A DNA stretch of 64,000 nt from the human T2T-CHM13v2.0 reference genome, Homo sapiens. Location: assembly GCF_009914755.1 (NCBI RefSeq), contig NC_060929.1, one strand, 5' to 3'. The notes beneath the pieces were generated by a model. It was not told the DNA's origin and did no database searches. It saw only the letters and a list, made by a program, of their open reading frames with translations. A program made the position numbers and the translations under genes. Below are positions 56,683 through 64,000 of the stretch, piece after piece (the first letter of the stretch is position 1; each line of letters starts with the position of its first letter).

Positions 56683-56960
56683 CTTTTTTTTAATTTTTAA
56701 TTTTTGTGGGTATATAGTAGGGGTATATATTTATGAGGTACATGAGAAGTTTTGCTACAGTCATACAATGTGAAATAAGCACATCACGGAGAACGGGGCA
56801 TCCACTCCCTCAAGCATTTATCTTTGAGTTACAGAAAAATCCAATTACACTCGGTATTTAAAAATATACAAATAAGTTATTATGGACCATGGTCACCTCA
56901 TTGTGCTATCAGGTAGTGGGTCTTATTTATTCTTTCTATTTTTCTTTTGTTACCTTCCCT
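56683..56960 (-). mobile_element. L1MA-like (L1MA2/3) 3' end
   Basis: Reads tttttgtgggtatatagtagg..gaggtacatgag..ccctcaagcatttatc..atccaattacactc. Confidence 0.8.
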
Positions 56961-57157
56961 CTGATCTACATTCTTTTCTTTTTGTTATTTTTGTCTTCTA
57001 CTTTGTTTCTTTGTATTCACAGATGATAATATTTTTAATGTTTTCAGTATTTTCCATTTATTTTATCATCCCTTTCATCACTCATCTTCCAAAATCTAGC
57101 TTCACTTTTTATACATTTTTTCACCATTTTAATTATATGCTTTTAAAACATTATATG

Positions 57158-57540
57158 TGTCTTAATTCATTTAGACAGGTATAATAAAATATCACAAACC
57201 AGGTAACTTATAAATATCTTATTTTCCTTATTTCATTTTACCTTATAAACTTTTTATTTTTAACAATTCTAAGCTGGGAAGTCCAGTACCAAGGCACTGG
57301 CAGAGTTGGTGTCTGTGGCGGGCTGCTTTCTGGTGCACAGATAGCTCCCTCTCACTGTATCCTCACATGGTGGAAGGGAAGAATGAGCTCCCTTAAACTT
57401 CTTCTATAAGAGCACTAATCCCACTCATGAGCCTCGTGACCTAATCACTTGCCAAACACCCACCTATTAATACCATCACCCTGGGGGTTAAGATTTCATC
57501 ATATGAATTTAGGGGAAACACAAACATTCAGACCCTAGCA
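57158..57540 (-). mobile_element. MaLR solo LTR (MLT1A/MSTD-like)
   Basis: TG..CA ends with a perfect 5-bp TSD ATATG at 57153-57157 and 57541-57545. Confidence 0.88.
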
Positions 57541-58556
57541 ATATGTCAATAAAACTATAAGAATACCATCATTTCCTATATATCTATAGTTACAATACTC
57601 AGATTACTTGTAAATGTCTTCATATTAACATCATGTCACAGGTGAGAACAATGATGGCTGAAAGAGCTCATTTTCATAATATTTCATAAGTAGAAATTAA
57701 TTGAGCTATGATTTAAACCCACATGTTTTCAACCCACGAGCAATCTCATCTACTACACCTCCTTGTTGGTACATCCTGCCACATTTCTCTACACTGATAA
57801 CCACTTTACAAAACTATACCTAAATAGATCGAAACCTTGGAAAGAGATTCTTATTTGCTTAGCTAAAGTGATCCTTCTTTTGGTTGTGCTGGAGTGAGGA
57901 AGCCCTCTACATACAGATTTTTTTTCATAAATTATGGACATCACAGTCCGAACTACAAGATGTCAGAAATACTCTACTAAGGAGACAAGACATAAAGTTT
58001 TGCCTTGCAGTGCTAAACATTTAAGAAAATATAGTATATGTAGAACTCCAGTGTTCTCAGATTAATACTTTAAGATCCTTTTTTCCCAAGACCTGGGAAC
58101 AGAAGCACAGCAATACAGCCCATTAAGAATTTATAAATAATCTGGCAAACGTGACTTTCATAGACAACATAAAGCAATTTGGGTGTAATATTTTTATTCT
58201 AATTTAGGAAATAAGAAGGTAAATGTGTATTTGTAAAGTTTTTACATAGCACTGCCTTTATAATAAAGCACAAACACTGATATAAAAATGCCTAACAAAT
58301 ATTTGGGGAGTTAAATCAAGGTATGACCTCAAAGATTCACAGGAATAAATTTAAACCCTGTTTTCAAATACATATATATTTCATGAATGTTTATACTCTT
58401 AATAATTTGACTCTCAAATAAAAGCAATACATAACAGTTATTAAGTTATCGGTTCTAAAACTATTACCATTATAAAATTCAATATTTACATTCATATATT
58501 CTATAGATAGATAGTCATGCTTGGTAGTCTAATTTTAACTTAATAATATAAATGTC

Positions 58557-58855
58557 GGCCGGGCGTGGTGGCTCACGCCTGTAATCCCAGCACTTTGGAA
58601 GTCCAAGGCGGGCGGATCACGAGGTCGGGAGATCGAGACCATCCTGGCTAACACGGTGAAACCCCGTCTCTACTAAAAATACAAAAAAATTAGCAGGACA
58701 TGGTGGCGGGTGCTTGTAGTCCCAGCAACTCGGGAGGCTGAGGCAGGAGAATGGCTGTGAACCCCGGAGGCAGAGCTTGCAGTGAGCCGAGATCGCGCCA
58801 CTGCACTCCAGCCTGCACGGCAGAACCAGACTCCGCCTCAAAAAAAAAAAAAAAA
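58557..58855 (+). mobile_element. AluY
   Basis: Contains gagatcgagaccatcctggctaacacggtgaaaccccg; 16-bp TSD TAATAATATAAATGTC at 58541-58556 and 58856-58871. Confidence 0.96.
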
Positions 58856-60152
58856 TAATAATATAAATGTCACCAAACAACTTTTATTCTAAAGTTAATG
58901 AAGACACAAATAAGTGAAGCCTGTATTAGCTTTAGTTCTAGGCTTGAGCCGGAATAAACAACACATAAAAAGCCTCTGTCATAGGCATGAGGTCCTAAAA
59001 AATGCATGCTGATTATAATAATAGTTGCAGTCTTTAGCAATTATCACCCTGACATTTGAGATCTGACACATGATTATAAAGTACCAACAATCATTTTTTG
59101 CAACCTTATGAAACTAGTGCAAGGGAAATACTTTCACATTTTCTTCCAAATATTTATATGCTGCTGCTTTGACCAGAGTCAATCATTAGTTTTTATTCAA
59201 CATTTTTGTGGATTCACTTTATTTACAATTACTTGCCAGGAATGATGGCAGAATATTATCAGCTTAATTGTTGTGCATATATTTCTCTGTGCTGATTAAA
59301 TTATCTTTTTATAAAGCATTATTTTAACCCGAATATTATTTATTCTTCTCTGTGTCATTCATTTTTTTCAAGACTTTTTTTTTTATTTCTGTGGTTAACA
59401 AAATTAGTAGCATCTATGTCTTTCAGTAAAGGAATAAGGGCAGTGAAATAATTTAATTTAGGTCACATTTGGTGATATTCTGCATTATGATAAAATGATC
59501 CTCATTCTGTTGAAGTATTTGTCAACTGTTATATTTAATATATTTAATCATGACACACAAGGCATGCTGCAGAACATAATGAGCTCAAAATTGTTGCCAT
59601 GCTGGAGGAAAGTGTATAATATTGAGGTCCAGACAATCAATGGGCAGAATTTTGGCAAAATACAATTTCCTATTGGGAATTATTTTCAAAGCCTGGGAAC
59701 GTGCACTTGGGAATGTATGAACACATTAGCATAGACCTCCCTCAATTGATCAAGAGCTAAATCCAGCCTCCATGTAGACAAGAGGCTAGGAAGACACAGA
59801 CAAGATATTAGATAGCCATCCATTGTCAGAGCAATAGAAGGAGAACATGACAAATTGAGTAGAGATTTCAATAAAGCCCGTTGTCAGATTAACTAATACC
59901 ACACGGGAAGGACCTACAGAAGGGCAGTTGCATCCCTCAAGAGGTAGGAGCTGATACTGACTGAAGTGGTAATTATCTAACAGCTCAAATGGCACATCAA
60001 ACATGGGTGTTTGAAGAATAACCGAATATAGTTTCCTATGTAAAAAATGAGTTTCTACCTTACTATAGCGATTTTTTTACAGAAGGATTTCACCTAAATG
60101 AGCATAGTCTACAGGTCAAGCAGAGCAAAAGTAATATTTAATACAGAAGAGG

Positions 60153-60241
60153 ATGTTTACTGTTGAGATGAAAACAACTGGGAACAAGATGAAAACTATG
60201 TTTCTGTTGAGATGAAAACAACTGGGAACAAGATGAAAACT
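60153..60241. repeat. 44/45-bp tandem duplication with an internal sub-repeat
   Basis: ATGTTT(A)CTGTTGAGATGAAAACAACTGGGAACAAGATGAAAACT at 60153-60197 and 60198-60241. Confidence 0.93.
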
Positions 60242-62714
60242 GGGGACTGAGTCATCAGATACTTCTGGCATGAAGTGTTTCTCCCCAAACTTTCCTAACT
60301 TTTCATTTATTTCATTTTTTAAAAAAAGAAATTATACATTATTTAAAATTTTAAATTATCTTTGTAAAATATCAGTATTCAATTAAAACACTATTGTGAA
60401 CTATTATTTTATTGATTTGAGGGTTTCCTCTGTTTATATGTCAGAGCATACCAACTGAAAGGTCAGGTGGTCTCAAAAAATGTCCCTAAAATGGGCTCAT
60501 TGTATGCACAACAGTTCAGAACCTCAGGCAAGGTAAAAAGAGACCCGTTTCTTTAAGACAATTCATTCACTGTGACTAGTACCACCCCTGGTTTTGGAAT
60601 AAGGTGAATCTGTTAAGCACACTGAAAAGCTAATATTGTTTCCAACGCTCAACATAAGCAAACTTAACTCTGGACATGCATTTCCCATCCTGAGAAGTTA
60701 CACTAAGCTGGTGCATCCCCACAACAACAAGACCCATGTAGTAGAGGAAGCCTTAGAAAATCAGCATCAGCTCTGTGGACTGCCACTAACTGCTGCCAGC
60801 TTAAACTCCACCTGTTGCTCTTGTTATTATACCTGTTCTCAAATGCACATTCTAAGTTTGATTTTGATTCCTGTTTCTTATCTTTTTAGCACTGGCAATT
60901 GGCCCAGCTCTCTTTTGTGTATTAATAAATTTTTGTCTCCTTTTCAACTCTACAGCCTCTGCTAGTATAATGTCCTCCTCCTCTGGAAATAACTTGAGGG
61001 AAGCCATTTGCACCGTATGTGGAACTTAGCTATTTGATTGTGGGTTACTTCCCTTTTGAGCATTTCTATTTTAATTCTTCCATGCAATTCTAGAATAAGA
61101 GGGTATACTCACTCTCAAAGTAAATTAAGTAAAATTACTTAAGCAGGTGACTTTATTAGATATGAAGTCCTTATTGGTGTATAGAAAATGGTTGAATTTT
61201 GCTACTGGAAAAAGTCATAACGTGCTGTTGTTTGATATCATTTTTACTTTAAAGGATTGTGAGAGTGCTAACAAGTTCAAAGAGTACCCATTTTGGCTCA
61301 GAAGCCAGTCAAAATTAATTGAAACTACAAACCATCTTTAAAAATTACACCAAACGTCCAAGTGTGCCAACATTTATTCACTAAGTTGTATTGATTTAGG
61401 CATAAAATCTTTGCTTCTACTAATATCAGATTATTGAAGATTTGTAAGATTTTAATCAGGTTGATTGAAACAATTCAATAAGTCACTATTACTATGTACC
61501 AGTTAGCACATAGCAATTATCTTTGAGTTTGGAGATGAATAACAATGCACTCAATAAATAATACTTCTGATCTCATCTAAAGAAATCAGAAATTCCTAAT
61601 ATTTGTGTTGTACAGTTTGTGATATGTCATCATTTCAAATGTGATAAGATGGGAATCATCATGTCCAAACTAAATGTGGTCTTGTCATCTTCTATCTTAC
61701 AAAACATTTTAAAATGGAGAAATGCCCTCTTTTTCTTAAAGTGCTAACTTTGTGTTGTTCATTACATCCTTTAATAATTTATCTCCAAAGAGAACAAACT
61801 GACAAAAAGCATTGAGCCAGAACCGGCAGCTTGTCAGTCCTCACTGCTTAGTGAAAAAAAGAGCAAACAGACAGAATTCATTAGAGACTGCACAGCTCTA
61901 GTTATCGATTATCATAAGGCTGTATTTTAAAATACTTCATAGAATCATCTAAATTCACTTATATAGTATAAGTGAAGAAGAGAAACACTCTTCTATATTT
62001 ATTAATTTATTCTATCAACCTGTCATTTGATATCTGGGAGCAAGAAGGAAGAATAAATGTAAAATCCTGATTTCTTCCCTAAGCCTTTCAGTAGAAAAAA
62101 ATAAATGTTGTAATCATTGAAGAAAAGTTGTTTTTCCTTAACTTTTAAAAAATTATTACCTACATACTATGTTTCCAAATGCTTCTGCCTCATGAATCTT
62201 AAATTCTCATTAGCAATTGCAGACAGATTCCAGATAGCTCTGATAACACTTGTATTAAGAGGATGGCAATTAATTACATTTAAATAACAATAACCTAAAT
62301 TTTAAGTGCCAGTAACCAAATTCTAATACTGTATTTCAAATCAGAGGGTAAATAAATCTTTCTTTCTCTTCAGTCACAGCTCTTTTCACTCATTATTACT
62401 TTTGCAATGGAATTAAAAGGTATACTCTTCAGGCATAGCACTGAAACAGGTAGTTTGATGATTTAGGTAAAAATTACAGACATGTATAGAGTTGATAGAT
62501 GAGATCATTATAGTCATTAAAAAATTGTACAGTTTTCAATGTAATTATCATATAAATTATTTTATAAAATAACTAGTATTTTTCTTTTTATAATGGAAAT
62601 ACATAATACAGTTTACATACACATTTTTAGAAATACACAGAGAAAACATTATACAACAGATGCAGCAGCAAACAAAGGTGCTTTCATTTATCTCAAAGTA
62701 GAGATAGACTGCTG

Positions 62715-62848
62715 TTTTTTTTTTTTTTTAACTAAGTTCAGGGCTACACATGCAGGTTTGTTACATAGGTAAATTTGTGTCATGAGGTTTTGTTGTATAG
62801 ATTATTTCATCACCCAGGTATTAAGCCTAGTAGCCATTAGTTATTTTA
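62715..62848 (-). mobile_element. Short L1PA13-like 3' end stub
   Basis: Poly(T) then aagttcagggctacacatgcaggtttgttacataggtaaa..cacccaggtattaagcctag. Confidence 0.85.
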
Positions 62849-63107
62849 ATTTTCCATCAATCAATTCATATTGACCTAACCTATCTTAATAGATAATAAA
62901 AATTGATGGTGATCAATGTCTTACAGTTCATTTTCATGATGGAAGAAGATTATAAACCAAAGTGAACAAATGATAGATCAATTTCCCAAAAGAGAAGTTT
63001 TTACACAGAATAAGCAGATGTTCCCCAATGGTATATCAGGAAAGCTATTTAGTATTGTAACATAAATGTCCAGTAATGTCTATGAAGTCTATAAATGTCC
63101 AGTAAAG

Positions 63108-63178
63108 TGTGTATACAAACACACACACATACACACACATACATATATTTAATTATATATCATATATTTTATATTTTT
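63108..63178. repeat. (CA)/(TA)-rich simple repeat
   Basis: Directly visible. Confidence 0.75.
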
Positions 63179-64000
63179 GGTTAACATTGCACAGGTTACT
63201 TTAAATAGATTATATTTTCTCAAAAGTTTAATATTAATACTAATTTAAACTATTTATTCCAGGCTGGATATTGATTACTCCAAAATGATTTATTTAATGA
63301 TATAAACAATAATGCTATTTTTATTATATACCTGCTTTTATATCTGCAAGCTGCATCTGAAATTATTATTTTTCATTCTTGCCTATCTTTGTAATTAGAA
63401 ATCTCACATATATAATCCAACAAATCCTTAAATTTAGTCTACTTTGAAATTAAAGTGTTGTCTTACATCTACAGATTAATCTCATTTCAATTTCCCAGGG
63501 ATTATAACTGGCATCTCTACTAGTCCATCATACAGGTTGCATTGTGAAATCACCTTCAATTCCCTCTTATTTTCATTTTCTAAAATCCTTCATCAACTTA
63601 TCCAAAATAATTTTCCCTTAAAATGCTTTTCAGTTTTACCCTTTCCTTTTATCTTTACTATCAAAACATATTCCAAGGAAATATCAGTTTGGATGGGATC
63701 AAAGCAAATTTGAGTGGTGCAGAGACCACAGACTTTCAGGAAAGAGGGGTGTGAATGATTTTTGGAGTACTGTGAAAATACATAATTATAGAAAGTGATA
63801 TTTAAGAAGAATGTGGTTGAAGAAAAGGAAAAGACAAAATAAATTAAGGGAAATGTACTTTTTCTCATTCTGTTAGAAACAACACAGATGGCTATAAACA
63901 TTCATTTAGAAAATAAAACCCAGGGAAAAAATAACCTTAACATTTTGAACTGAAGTGCTATGCTTAATCAGTGACAGCGACAATACCATTCTTGGTGTTA

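Overview
This is AT-rich, CpG-depleted primate (human or ape) non-coding DNA, either a gene desert or a deep intron. I find no host protein-coding exon, RNA gene, CpG island or prokaryote-type system. All long ORFs in the track come from L1 ORF2, Alu or low-complexity sequence. The window is a layered record of transposons: seven full-length Alus and one Alu tail stub, L1s from old L1M to young L1PA3-like, several MaLR LTRs, and an ERVL gag/protease remnant. DNA transposons of four superfamilies are present (piggyBac MER85, MuDR Ricksha, Tc1/mariner Tigger1 and Tigger2, hAT MER58A and MER20). The most notable items are a likely L1 3' transduction of a Tigger1 terminus (8561-8632), a twin-primed L1PA3-like insertion whose inversion breakpoint cuts the RT FADD motif, and an intact MER85 with its PGBD3-binding palindrome. 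Also notable are a Ricksha copy with MULE transposase motifs, a perfect 24-bp palindrome, and a few candidate regulatory stretches. Repeat names come from my recall of consensus sequences, not from a database search, and the boundaries of old elements are approximate. I do not see good evidence for a new biological system.
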